DNA of 64,000 nucleotides from Bacteriovoracia bacterium. GTDB taxonomy: Bacteria; Bdellovibrionota; UBA1018; JBFWNL01. The notes under the pieces were generated by a model. The model was not told the DNA's origin. It ran no database searches and worked only from the letters and a program-made list of their open reading frames with translations. Position 1 is the stretch's first letter. Every line of letters begins with the position of its first letter. The stretch lies in NCBI GenBank assembly GCA_050251055.1, contig JBFWNL010000002.1, positions 224,001 to 288,000 of the forward strand. The letters run 5' to 3'. A program made the position numbers and the translations under genes. This document shows positions 47,434 through 57,081 of the stretch, piece by piece.

Positions 47434-48645
47434 CTAAGAAACCGTCGAAACCTGGCGGCGCAGCTGTTGCCACAAATGGATATATCCGCGACGGGCGTCA
47501 CGAAAAGCCGCCTTGTAGGCTTTCATTTCGCGCACCCAGATCGTCTTGAGCAGGCGGCGTTCGCGGCGGTCGATCAGCTTGCGCTCGGTGAGCCACCACT
47601 GGCGGTACCGCTTCTTCACGTCGGAGAGCTCGCCTAGCGCTTCTTCGGCCCGGGCCAAGCTCTTTTCCATCGCTTCCCAAACCGAATCGGACCAAGCCGA
47701 TGCGCGGGATTCGAGCAACTCGCGCGCCTGCTCGTGCTTGCGATTCAGGCGCGATTTGATGATCAAAGCGTCGGGCACCCGCTGCAGCTTGGAGGTCACG
47801 CCGATTTTTTCCAGCAGATAGATAAACCATTTCGATGGGTCGTACTGGTACCAGCGCACGCCGTTGCGGTAATCGCTGGCGAACGTGTGGTGGAAATTAT
47901 GATAGCCCTCGCCCAACGCGGGCACCGCGAGCCACCAGCAGTCGCGGGCCGTGCTGTCCGTCGAATACGGGCGCGAACCGAAGTAGTGCGCACCGGAGTT
48001 AATCAAGAAAGTCGCGTGATGCAGGACCACCGTGCGCACCAGGCATCCCCAAACGATGCCGCCCACCGGATTCCCCATGGTCCAGCCGAGCAGAGCCGGA
48101 AATCCCAGACCAAAAACGGTGGCGATTCGAAGGTAGTAGCGGGCCTGCCACTGCACGAGCGGATCCCGCTCGAGATCGACCGCGTTCTTGTAGTTGCGCC
48201 CCACCGGGTCGCCGAAAAAAATCCACCCGATATGCGCCCACCAAAACCCTTTATTAATATTATAAGGGTCGGAAGCTTTATCGACGTGCAGGTGATGAAA
48301 TCGATGATCGGAAGCCCAGTGCAGGACCGAGTTCTGGAGGCCGGCGGCTCCGAAGCAAAGGAAGAAAAGCTTCAACGCGCGATTGGATTCGTAGGTTCGA
48401 TGAGCGAAGAGGCGGTGATACCCCCCCGTGATGGAGAATCCCACGAAGACCATCATCACCAGGAAAACCACGGCATCGCTCCATTGAAACCCGTAGTTCC
48501 GCAAATACCAGATCGTCGCAACCAGGGTGATCAGGGGAAATCCCGTCAGAAAGACGATGTTGACCCAGTTGGGCTTGGCGGTGCTCCAATCCGGCTTGTC
48601 GTTCCATTCCCGAGCCACTTCACGAGCTGCATGGTCTTGCGTCAT
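47434..48645 (-). CDS. Delta-9 acyl-CoA/lipid desaturase
   Basis: His boxes GYHRLFAH, DHRFHH and EGYHNFHH; YRNG..WY.YDPSKW. Confidence 0.95.
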   Translation of the reverse strand: MTQDHAAREVAREWNDKPDWSTAKPNWVNIVFLTGFPLITLVATIWYLRNYGFQWSDAVVFLVMMVFVGFSITGGYHRLFAHRTYESNRALKLFFLCFGAAGLQNSVLHWASDHRFHHLHVDKASDPYNINKGFWWAHIGWIFFGDPVGRNYKNAVDLERDPLVQWQARYYLRIATVFGLGFPALLGWTMGNPVGGIVWGCLVRTVVLHHATFLINSGAHYFGSRPYSTDSTARDCWWLAVPALGEGYHNFHHTFASDYRNGVRWYQYDPSKWFIYLLEKIGVTSKLQRVPDALIIKSRLNRKHEQARELLESRASAWSDSVWEAMEKSLARAEEALGELSDVKKRYRQWWLTERKLIDRRERRLLKTIWVREMKAYKAAFRDARRGYIHLWQQLRRQVSTVS

Positions 48646-48689
48646 GGCTCGATGCTAACACCAACGCGAGTGGGCTTAAACCCGATTTT

Positions 48690-49142
48690 TCAGGGCTTTT
48701 GGACTTCGGCGGCGATATTCCGCACGGCTTTCTGGGCGGCGGGCGGGAGCGCATCGAGAAAACGCTCAGGATTTTCCTGCGCTTTTTGGAGAAATTCAGC
48801 CGCTTTGGCTGGATCATCGCCCACTTGTCCGACAATGAACTTGGAAACCTCGACCGCAGCCGCCGCCAGGGCTTCCTTGGCCTTCGGATTATTTTGAATC
48901 GCTTCCATCGCCCGGGTAGGCGCGGAAATTTGCGGCAAAGCCAGGCTCACTTCGCTCGGCGCCACTACCGCGGCGACTTCGGTGCGCTGAAGGCCGCGTT
49001 TCTGGTTTTGGATTCGATTAGCTATGTCCGCGACATATCTTTGAAAAACCGATGGCTCGATGGCCTGAGCCGAAGGCAGACCGCTGTAGCTAAGTGCGCT
49101 CACGAGGAGCAAAATCGACAAGTACCACCCTTTTCCTAACAT
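48690..49142 (-). CDS. Secreted hypothetical protein
   Basis: Signal peptide ending AQA; helical composition. Confidence 0.7.
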   Translation of the reverse strand: MLGKGWYLSILLLVSALSYSGLPSAQAIEPSVFQRYVADIANRIQNQKRGLQRTEVAAVVAPSEVSLALPQISAPTRAMEAIQNNPKAKEALAAAAVEVSKFIVGQVGDDPAKAAEFLQKAQENPERFLDALPPAAQKAVRNIAAEVQKP

Positions 49143-49315
49143 CTTTAGTAATAGTAATGCGTCGCGTTAATAAATGAGAATGTGTAAACGCAGACACCCC
49201 AAAAAAAGTGAAAAACATCGACCGATTGCGCGCATCCTAAACTGTATAAATTTAGTTGATTATTTTAATAATGTATAGGAAAATCAAGAGTAGAGGAACG
49301 TACGGGGAGGATTAA

Positions 49316-51979
49316 GTGGAATTCAAGCCACTTCACCGAAAAAACGGATTCGCGACATTAACAATTCTCGGAATCTTGGGGTCGCTTTGCCTCGCCGCGG
49401 GCGTGCTTCTCACGCGGATCGATAGCTCGAGCTTTGGCGCCGCGCACGGACTTGCCCAGAGCCAGACGGATAACTACACCGCGGGCCTGACGTCCGTGAT
49501 CGTGGGTCTCGTAAACCAGTACCTACGTACGACCGCGCTCCCCACGCATGCGGGCATGCAGCAATACGTGATGGATCGCCTCCCCGGACTCGTTACCGAT
49601 GGTTATGTTCTCCAACGCTGGACGCTCGGTGATATCGGCGACCCGACTTTCGGCGTGATCAACAGCGGGCCGTTCACCGGCATGTCGGGCACGATGTACG
49701 ACATTTTCTTTTGGCTGGAAGTGCGCAAACAGAACACGGGCGCAATCAGCAAGATTTACCAGCGCGGCCTGCTCGCGCAGATCTCGATGCTGCAATACCT
49801 AGTTTTTTCGAACGGCCCCGCCGATCTCATCACGGGCGCCAGCTCCAGCCTCTACGGGCGCATCCACATTAACGGAAAGATCTGCTTGGCGGAAAGCGGG
49901 GGGAATCCGTACGTGCTCCGCTTGGACATGCTCGAGGCTTCCGGGCAGATCTACCACGATGCGCATCCAGAGTGCCAATTCGAATTGAACCCAGGCAACC
50001 TTAGAAACAACCAGACCTTCGTGGCATTCAGTACCGTGGGACCCGATGCGCCGGCCCAACCTTTCATTGATCCTCCGTCATCAAGCGCGAATATTCGTCC
50101 GTTAAACTACGGGCTAGACAGCGGCTGCACGAATTGCGGCAGCACCGGGTTGAACTGGCGCGATTATGCGCTGGCAACCTGGCACGGCCACTTACGCAGC
50201 GACGTTCACGGGGTGATCCCGCTACGCCTTCCGGTCGAAGGCTCCGCCGCCGCGCAAGCGGGAGCCAACACCCGCACGCCGGGTTCCCTCGCGCAGAACA
50301 TCAACAACGTGCGTTTTTTGGTCGACCCGGTCGTACCGGGAGAAGACGTTGCCGTCCGTAATCAAAAGCTCGCCTTCAAATCCGACATCCGCATCATTAA
50401 CGGGGTTTGGTACGTACGTGACAAAGATGACGACAATGCCTGGCCGGGAGTCCCCATCTGGTCGGACCACCCGGGCAACTATCTCTCCCCCGCGGGAGAA
50501 GAGGCAGGCATCGTGGAACCGAACCTCGCGATCGGTCAGACGAACATCCGCGCGAACCGCGCTTGGTCCGGCACGCCCACGGGATATTCTTTTTATTCGG
50601 CCGACACCACCGGACGCCTCCTCGGCAATACGTCCGGCGTGGTCTCGTACGGGAATCTATTTTTCCAAGCGGGTACTGGCTGGGTACCTGGCGGTTGGCT
50701 CAGCGGAAACGGTACTAACACCAGCCTGAACTCGGGACTATGCGCTCCTCCGACGAGTACCTGTGCGGGCTTCTGTACGACGTCTGGTTTGCGTTCGGCC
50801 GTCGCCCCCGTCGCAAACTTCTGTCCGTCGGCTCCCACGGCCTTGGACGTCACCACCCAGCTGCTCAACGCGACTCGTTCGGGCTTCCGGGACGGACACG
50901 CAGGCATGGTGGGAAACCCCGCCTCGGCTAGGGAAACCAAGAGTCGTGTCCTACCCATCAACTTTAACGTACGTGACTTCGCGGCCGCTTTGCGCAACTT
51001 CAATAACGGCGAACTAGGAACTTATTTTGACCCGAATCCGAACGGAAACTCCAAAAACCTGGGACGGCCTTTCAACGGTATCATCTATATCACTTCAACT
51101 TGGCCGGGCTCGTTGAAGGCGGCGAGCTTTTCGCAGTCCACGCCCGGTGGACTCGCTCCGGCCACGGCTTGGGCCGACCCTATCCCGGTGATCTGGAACA
51201 CGGCCATCGACGGCCCCGCTCCCACTACCCAACCGCAAGGTGCTCACGTCGTACAGCATCGATTGCTCCCTTATCCGCTCTGTAGCGGAAATCTGGGCGG
51301 ACAAACTTTCGACGCCGGCGGCGGGGTATTCAAAATCCCCGATTGCGCGCATTACGTGACCGGCAGCACCCGAAACGTGCGCCCCAACGCGCTGCGGATC
51401 TTTAACGCCAGCCCCGTCGGCCGCTCCGACTTCCCGGTGGGACTGACCATCGCGACGAACCTGCCCGCGTACATCATGGGTGACTTCAACGCGACCTCGG
51501 TTCCGCGCCCCGCGGGCAACGTGCAATGGTTACCGATGCTGGTCGCGGCGGATCAGGCGACTTTCCTTTCCAATAACTGGCGCGACGACAATTCGCTGTG
51601 GAACTATGACCTAGGGAACGAGGGCGCCTGGTCAAACCGGGTCGCCTCCAACACTACGTACAATCTGGCGATCATCGCCGGCTGGGCCGCCACCTCGTTC
51701 CGCGAGGGCCCCACTCCTGCCTTCAGCGGTGGCGGGATCGCGAACTTCCCCCGCTTCCTGGAGAACTGGAGCAGTAGCGACATGAACTTCAACGGTTCTT
51801 TCGTGATCGGTTTCAATTCGGTCTTCAGCAACCACGGTCGTTTCTGTTGCGATAAGCGGACTTACAATCCGCCGAATCGCCGATGGAACCACGACCCCAA
51901 CTACGAGCTTTCCGCCAATCAGCCCCCAGGGCTACCGCAGTACACCGCCTTCGCGGTGACGGAAGAAAGAAGGATGTGA
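49316..51979 (+). CDS. Large PilX/GspK-like minor pilin or tip adhesin
   Basis: KNG|FATLT prepilin-like N-terminus lacking Glu5; G.IH.NG motif; C-terminal NFPRFLENW...YNPPNR.W..D; GGGGAGG RBS. Confidence 0.75.
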   Translation: MEFKPLHRKNGFATLTILGILGSLCLAAGVLLTRIDSSSFGAAHGLAQSQTDNYTAGLTSVIVGLVNQYLRTTALPTHAGMQQYVMDRLPGLVTDGYVLQRWTLGDIGDPTFGVINSGPFTGMSGTMYDIFFWLEVRKQNTGAISKIYQRGLLAQISMLQYLVFSNGPADLITGASSSLYGRIHINGKICLAESGGNPYVLRLDMLEASGQIYHDAHPECQFELNPGNLRNNQTFVAFSTVGPDAPAQPFIDPPSSSANIRPLNYGLDSGCTNCGSTGLNWRDYALATWHGHLRSDVHGVIPLRLPVEGSAAAQAGANTRTPGSLAQNINNVRFLVDPVVPGEDVAVRNQKLAFKSDIRIINGVWYVRDKDDDNAWPGVPIWSDHPGNYLSPAGEEAGIVEPNLAIGQTNIRANRAWSGTPTGYSFYSADTTGRLLGNTSGVVSYGNLFFQAGTGWVPGGWLSGNGTNTSLNSGLCAPPTSTCAGFCTTSGLRSAVAPVANFCPSAPTALDVTTQLLNATRSGFRDGHAGMVGNPASARETKSRVLPINFNVRDFAAALRNFNNGELGTYFDPNPNGNSKNLGRPFNGIIYITSTWPGSLKAASFSQSTPGGLAPATAWADPIPVIWNTAIDGPAPTTQPQGAHVVQHRLLPYPLCSGNLGGQTFDAGGGVFKIPDCAHYVTGSTRNVRPNALRIFNASPVGRSDFPVGLTIATNLPAYIMGDFNATSVPRPAGNVQWLPMLVAADQATFLSNNWRDDNSLWNYDLGNEGAWSNRVASNTTYNLAIIAGWAATSFREGPTPAFSGGGIANFPRFLENWSSSDMNFNGSFVIGFNSVFSNHGRFCCDKRTYNPPNRRWNHDPNYELSANQPPGLPQYTAFAVTEERRM

Positions 51980-51981
51980 CT

Positions 51982-52839
51982 ATGAAAAACCAAGGATTCA
52001 GCCAGATGGAACTCGTCTTGGTCATCGCCGTAATCGGCGCCCTGAGTTACGCGGGCACGCGAACCATTCGCCCCTCGCAATCCAAAACCAATTTGGCCAA
52101 CGACGCGGCCAAGGTAGTGGAAGCATTGTCGCGCGCCAAAGCCATGGCCCGATCTGGCAATACTTGCGTACGCGCGATGTTGGAGTCGACCAACATTCAA
52201 CTGGTGAGTTGCGGTTCGGCGCCCACCGAACCCCCGATCGTGTTTCCTCCGGGCGTGGTCGTGAAGGGATTCTCCGGCACTTTTGGAGAAGTACCCGTGC
52301 AGTTCGTTGGCTTGGAGCAGCTCTACTCGGAGCTTCAACTCGAAACACAACAAACCGTGAGACCGACGGTGCACTCGCTTGGGCATCAAACCGTACAGAA
52401 CGCCAACTTTAAGGAAACTGGCAGCGTCACCGTGGCTTTACCGTCACAGATCCTCCATCCATCTATTTCCACTATCGGCATCGACGAGGATGCACACGCC
52501 ATCGGTAATGAGCCTGGAGGCTCCGGCCCTCCGATTGGCGGCGATCCTTCTACAGTCGGCAGTAATCCGACAAACGGAGGAACTCCCAACCCCTCTCCGA
52601 CTGGCGCCACTCCGCCGGAAACTCCGGGCAACGGCTCACCCACCGTTTTCCAAACCTTCAATCTAGGCAGCAACTCCACGTTGCAGTCGCCGATCCCGTT
52701 CATCCAGTACGGAGCGTCTGGCGCGATCGAAGTTCCCGCGCAGCCGACGACCCTGACCTTGACGAAAGACAATCAAGCCATGGGAGTCCGTATTTTTCCC
52801 CTCGCGGGGGCGGTGGAAACTCTGGCGCGGGCGCCTTAG
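51982..52839 (+). CDS. FimT/GspH-like minor pilin with a Pro/Gly/Thr-rich insertion
   Basis: QG|FSQMELVLVIAVIG; LSRAKAMA helix. Confidence 0.8.
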   Translation: MKNQGFSQMELVLVIAVIGALSYAGTRTIRPSQSKTNLANDAAKVVEALSRAKAMARSGNTCVRAMLESTNIQLVSCGSAPTEPPIVFPPGVVVKGFSGTFGEVPVQFVGLEQLYSELQLETQQTVRPTVHSLGHQTVQNANFKETGSVTVALPSQILHPSISTIGIDEDAHAIGNEPGGSGPPIGGDPSTVGSNPTNGGTPNPSPTGATPPETPGNGSPTVFQTFNLGSNSTLQSPIPFIQYGASGAIEVPAQPTTLTLTKDNQAMGVRIFPLAGAVETLARAP

Positions 52840-52862
52840 CTTAGACGGATAGGCGGCCCCGG

Positions 52863-53264
52863 ATGCATATGCTTCGCGACCAGCGCGGCTTCACGATCAT
52901 CGAGTCCCTCTTTGCCGTCGGCATGCTCGCCATCGTCCTCGCCGGGGCGCTCCTCTCATTTAGCACTTCGTCACGCATGTACGCGCACCTGCGCTATCTG
53001 GAGCCCGCCACCCAACTCGCGTCCTCCACGATTGAGCAGATTTCACTGATGTACCCAAGCCAAGCCGAGATCCAGACCGGCACCTCCCACACCTGGTTTT
53101 TTTCCATCGACCTCAAACCGGTTACCGTAAACGGATTTTTTACGGTATCCTGGCAGGTAATGAATCACCCTTCCGTGCCCAACGTCCGCCGGATCGAACT
53201 CACCGTGATTTGGATGGAAGACAATGGCCCCCGGCACATCGACTACACCTTTTTCCGGAGCTGA
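52863..53264 (+). CDS. PilV-like minor pilin
   Basis: RG|FTIIESL; AxQLA...IE; C-terminal RRIELTVIW. Confidence 0.85.
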   Translation: MHMLRDQRGFTIIESLFAVGMLAIVLAGALLSFSTSSRMYAHLRYLEPATQLASSTIEQISLMYPSQAEIQTGTSHTWFFSIDLKPVTVNGFFTVSWQVMNHPSVPNVRRIELTVIWMEDNGPRHIDYTFFRS

Positions 53265-53267
53265 TCC

Positions 53268-54350
53268 GTGAAATCACGTGCCGGCTTCTCTCTCCTGGAA
53301 ATGATGATCGGGCTGACGATCCTGATTCTCGTTATCTTGGCCTCCAGCGCCATCCTTACCCAGACCACCGTCGGCATCCGCCGGGCCGAAATCGGAACCT
53401 CGAGCATGGAACTGCTGCGGGGAGGCATGCAGTATTTCATTCCCCTGCTCCAAACCGCCGGGGGTAATCAGGTCCGCTCGTGGGTGGCCATTGGCCTAGA
53501 GGACAATCCCACGACGGTTCGCTTAGGTTTGCCTGACGGCGAAGGAGCGGACCGCCTGACCCTCATTCGCTTGAACACGGCGGTCGCCCCCTGCGAAATC
53601 ACGGAAAGCTGGGGTCTAGGAAGTCCCACGCCTAAGATCCGAGTCCGCAACACGGCCGGAACTTGCTGTATTGGGGCGGCCCAGCAGAACCAACAAGCCG
53701 TCTTCACGCGGACCTTTTCCAACGTGTACAACTACGCTCCCCGCTACCTGAAAACGTTCAACGCGCTGAATTGCGAAATGACGATCGAAGAACTCATCCA
53801 AGTCCCCAACTTGGCGGATCTCCGAGTCCTGCCCCCCGCCGATGTAGATCCGCTGAGCGGCTTCCGGGACGGATGGTCGACCGGGTTCGTGACGATCGTC
53901 ACCGTGGACACTTTCTTTGTCGACCCCTCCACCCGTGAGCTCAAGCGGGGAATCGACGCGGACAACGACGGAACGATCAGCGCAAGCGAAATGACGACCG
54001 TGTTAGACCACGTGGTCGATCTGCAAGTGGCCGTCGGCTATGACTCGAATCCAGCCGATGGACGAGTCGTCGAACGCACCGACCCCGCGGACCGATGGAA
54101 CGACGAGTGGCTCGGCAACTTCGATGCGGCGGACACCCGCGAGCGCCGGGGGGCCGGGGGCCTAGCGACTGCGCTTCCGAGCGATATGCGGGCGGCTCAG
54201 GTCGGTTTAATCATCGGCGATCGACTCGTGGGAAACGGCACTCCTACCCCGCTGAGGATTCTCAACGGTCCGGTCCGGCAAATTCCAGGCATGAGCCTGC
54301 ACTCCCAGAGCACGCTCGTCACCCTCAAGAACATCTTCCTCTTTCAATAA
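53268..54350 (+). CDS. PilW-like minor pilin
   Basis: AG|FSLLEMMIGL; AG motif after helix 1; VVDLQVAVGYD; terminal VTLKN. Confidence 0.85.
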   Translation: MKSRAGFSLLEMMIGLTILILVILASSAILTQTTVGIRRAEIGTSSMELLRGGMQYFIPLLQTAGGNQVRSWVAIGLEDNPTTVRLGLPDGEGADRLTLIRLNTAVAPCEITESWGLGSPTPKIRVRNTAGTCCIGAAQQNQQAVFTRTFSNVYNYAPRYLKTFNALNCEMTIEELIQVPNLADLRVLPPADVDPLSGFRDGWSTGFVTIVTVDTFFVDPSTRELKRGIDADNDGTISASEMTTVLDHVVDLQVAVGYDSNPADGRVVERTDPADRWNDEWLGNFDAADTRERRGAGGLATALPSDMRAAQVGLIIGDRLVGNGTPTPLRILNGPVRQIPGMSLHSQSTLVTLKNIFLFQ

Positions 54351-54397
54351 GCCTCCTTTCTCACCGCTGGCATGGCGATTGTAGCGTGGCATTTCAC

Positions 54398-55132
54398 ATG
54401 ATGGACTCCATCCCCAAACCCGACAGGCGTGAGCGTTGCTTACGCGACGGCCCCGATACCCTGAGCCTTCAGGAATGCTTGGCGCTGATCTTAGGTAGTG
54501 GACCGCCGGGCGTGGGAAGCCTGGGACTCGCCGCCCGATTGCTGTCCCGCGGGGCGGGGGGCCTCCCGCATCCCGAGCAGGCCCGGGCGTTTTTTCATGC
54601 CCTCGAGCAAGCACCTCGGGGATTCGTCGCCGACGTACCCGGCCTGGGCCCCGCTGGAAAGGCACGAGTACTGGCGGGCTGGGAGCTGGGCCGCCGTTAC
54701 GCCATTCACCGCTTGAACACGATGTCCCCTTCCCTCTCCGCGTCCGTGAAACCCAGCCCGGGACTTTCCCGTTTTGAACGCGTCTTGAAGCGAATACCGG
54801 AGGAACTCAGGAGCGCACCGTTCGAATGGCTGGGGTTCGTCGCGGTCTACGAGCCCACCCTCGCGCGAGAAAACTCGGTGGGCGAGTTCTGCTTGGTGGA
54901 AAAAGGATGCCGCACGCACGTAAATATGGAGCCCGCCGAACTCTTCGCACGCGTGCTAGCGCTCAGGCCCGTCGGTTTCTATCTCTTTCACAATCACCCA
55001 CGAGGAAGTCTCACGGCATCGGAGGAAGACCGGGAACTCACCGCCCGGGTTCGACAATGCGCCCGTACGCTGGGCGTCCCCCTGATCGGCCATTGGATCG
55101 TGACTTCGCGGGATTACGCGCCTGTAATCTAA
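54398..55132 (+). CDS. radC: RadC family JAB-domain protein
   Basis: RER...G...LS..E.LALILGSG; HhH-like VPGLGPA; HNHPRG...SEED. Confidence 0.88.
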   Translation: MMDSIPKPDRRERCLRDGPDTLSLQECLALILGSGPPGVGSLGLAARLLSRGAGGLPHPEQARAFFHALEQAPRGFVADVPGLGPAGKARVLAGWELGRRYAIHRLNTMSPSLSASVKPSPGLSRFERVLKRIPEELRSAPFEWLGFVAVYEPTLARENSVGEFCLVEKGCRTHVNMEPAELFARVLALRPVGFYLFHNHPRGSLTASEEDRELTARVRQCARTLGVPLIGHWIVTSRDYAPVI

Positions 55133-55171
55133 TGGCCAGGACCGCCGATCTGGGCTACACCTCCCTTGACC

Positions 55172-55876
55172 ATGAAACCGAAAACAGCCACCCCACCTAT
55201 CCCCGTTTGCGCGACCTGCGAGAAGCCGCCTGAGCTTTGCTTTTGCGCCGAAATCACCCCGCATGCGCCGAAGACGAAAGTGCTGATTCTTCAGCATCCG
55301 CAAGAGCCGGACAAAAGACTCGGCACGGCGCGCTTGCTACAACTCAGCCTGAAGGATTCCGTCCTGCGCGTGGGTCTTTCTTGGCCCAATCTCGGTAAAG
55401 CGTTGGGCTCCCCTGCGGGCGCGCCCATCAACCCCAAGGAATGGGCCGTGCTTTATCTGGGCTCCGGAATCAAACTCGAAGCCGGTCGACGGAAACCCCC
55501 TCCCGGCACGCTCACCTTTGTGAACAAAAAAAGCCAACCCTGGCCACCCACCTACGACGAGGCGGGAATTAGGGCCCAGCTTAAGGGCATCGTCTTACTC
55601 GACGGCACCTGGTCACAGGCGAAAGCGCTTTGGTGGCGCAACGCTTGGCTCCTCAAATTAAACCGTGCGATCCTGACGCCGCCCCGACGATCACTTTATG
55701 GAAAGCTCCGCAAAGAGCCCCGCCCGGAATGCCTATCGACTTTGGAAACCGCGGCCTATGCGCTGACCGCGCTCGGCGACACGGCCGAGCACGAAGCCAA
55801 ATTACTGGCAGTTTTTTCAAGGCTTCTTAAACTTTCGCAGCCGACCCCAAAGGCGGCGCCGGAAATCCCGGTGTAA
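55172..55876 (+). CDS. DTW-domain tRNA-uridine aminocarboxypropyltransferase
   Basis: CxxC...CxC, ILQHPQE, LDGTWSQA and LRKEP...LSTLE motifs. Confidence 0.92.
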   Translation: MKPKTATPPIPVCATCEKPPELCFCAEITPHAPKTKVLILQHPQEPDKRLGTARLLQLSLKDSVLRVGLSWPNLGKALGSPAGAPINPKEWAVLYLGSGIKLEAGRRKPPPGTLTFVNKKSQPWPPTYDEAGIRAQLKGIVLLDGTWSQAKALWWRNAWLLKLNRAILTPPRRSLYGKLRKEPRPECLSTLETAAYALTALGDTAEHEAKLLAVFSRLLKLSQPTPKAAPEIPV

Positions 55877-55935
55877 TTCCCGCTTTTCCGTAACAATTCA
55901 TTGCACCCCGTTTTTGTGGCGGCTACGATCGACGC

Positions 55936-56598
55936 ATGGGAAAATTCGCGGTGGTACTTTGTGGATCCGGCTATCTCGACGGCAGTGAAATCCGGGAGTC
56001 GGTGGCGACGCTCCTTTCGCTCAGCCAGCGCAATAAGGATTTCGAATGCTTCGCCCCCGACGCCGCTCAGACGGACGTCATGAATTGCCTTACGGGCAAG
56101 CCCGCGGCAAAGGAGTCGCGCAACATGCTCGTGGAAGCGGCGCGGATCGCCCGCGGCAAAGTTTCGCCGCTTGACCACCTCAATCCGACGGCATTTGAAG
56201 GACTGATCCTGCCTGGAGGTTTCGGCGCGGCTAAGAATCTCTGCAGCTTCGCCACGCAGGGCGCGAGCGGCCGCGTGATTCCCGAATTGCAGTCGATCAT
56301 CGAGCGTTTTCACGGCGCTCGTCGCCCAATCGGCGCGATCTGCATTGCCCCCGCGATCGTGGCGCTTGCCCTCCGGAACAAAGGCATCCGCATGACTGTC
56401 GGCACGGCCTCGGAAGCGTCCCAGGAAATCGAAAAATCCGGCCACAAACACGTGGAATGCTCAGTGACCGATTGCGTGAGCGACCCGGTGGCGAAAGTCG
56501 TCACCACGCCGGCCTATATGTACGGAGACGCAAAGCTGCACGAGATCTTCACGGGGATCGGTAAGCTCGTGGGCGAAGTGATCCAGCTTACCCGCTGA
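55936..56598 (+). CDS. elbB: ElbB (DJ-1/PfpI-like) glyoxalase
   Basis: G..DGSEI.E, RNMLVEAARIARG, PGGFGAAKNL, ICIAP and TTPAYM motifs. Confidence 0.95.
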   Translation: MGKFAVVLCGSGYLDGSEIRESVATLLSLSQRNKDFECFAPDAAQTDVMNCLTGKPAAKESRNMLVEAARIARGKVSPLDHLNPTAFEGLILPGGFGAAKNLCSFATQGASGRVIPELQSIIERFHGARRPIGAICIAPAIVALALRNKGIRMTVGTASEASQEIEKSGHKHVECSVTDCVSDPVAKVVTTPAYMYGDAKLHEIFTGIGKLVGEVIQLTR

Positions 56599-56605
56599 AC
56601 CAAGT

Positions 56606-57070
56606 CTATTCGTTGACCGCGGCCAGTACCGCTTCGACGTGCCCCTTCACTTTCACTTTGGGAAAAATCTTACGAACCTTGCCGTCCGGCCCGATCACGA
56701 ATGTCGTGCGCACGATGCCCATGAACTCACGGCCGTAGAGGGACTTTTTCTGCCATACGCCATATGCTTTGCAAACGGCGCCTTCCTCATCAGCCAGCAG
56801 GGGAAAGTCCAGATCATGCTTATCCCGAAATTTGGCGTGACTGGCCGAAGAATCTCGGCTTACGCCCAAAACCACGGCCTTGGATTTCTTAAGCTTCGGC
56901 AGAGCGGATTGAAAGTCGCAGGCTTCCTGGGTGCAACCGGGCGTCAGGTCCTTGGGGTAAAAGTAAAGGACGACCGTCTTACCTTTGAAATCCGCGAGCG
57001 ATACTTTCCGCCCGTCCGCGTCTGGTAAAGAAAAGGACGGAGCCTTGGCTCCCTCTTTCAGAACCGGCAT
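56606..57070 (-). CDS. bcp: Thioredoxin-dependent thiol peroxidase BCP
   Basis: LYFYPKDLTPGCTQEACDF; YGVW..K..YG...MGI.RTTF. Confidence 0.96.
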   Translation of the reverse strand: MPVLKEGAKAPSFSLPDADGRKVSLADFKGKTVVLYFYPKDLTPGCTQEACDFQSALPKLKKSKAVVLGVSRDSSASHAKFRDKHDLDFPLLADEEGAVCKAYGVWQKKSLYGREFMGIVRTTFVIGPDGKVRKIFPKVKVKGHVEAVLAAVNE

Positions 57071-57081
57071 AGGCTGCGGGC

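Noticed and set aside
54368-54382. Sigma-54-like TGGCAT-N5-TTGT before radC
   Set aside because: The -12 element is GT rather than GC and would put +1 almost at the ATG; too weak.
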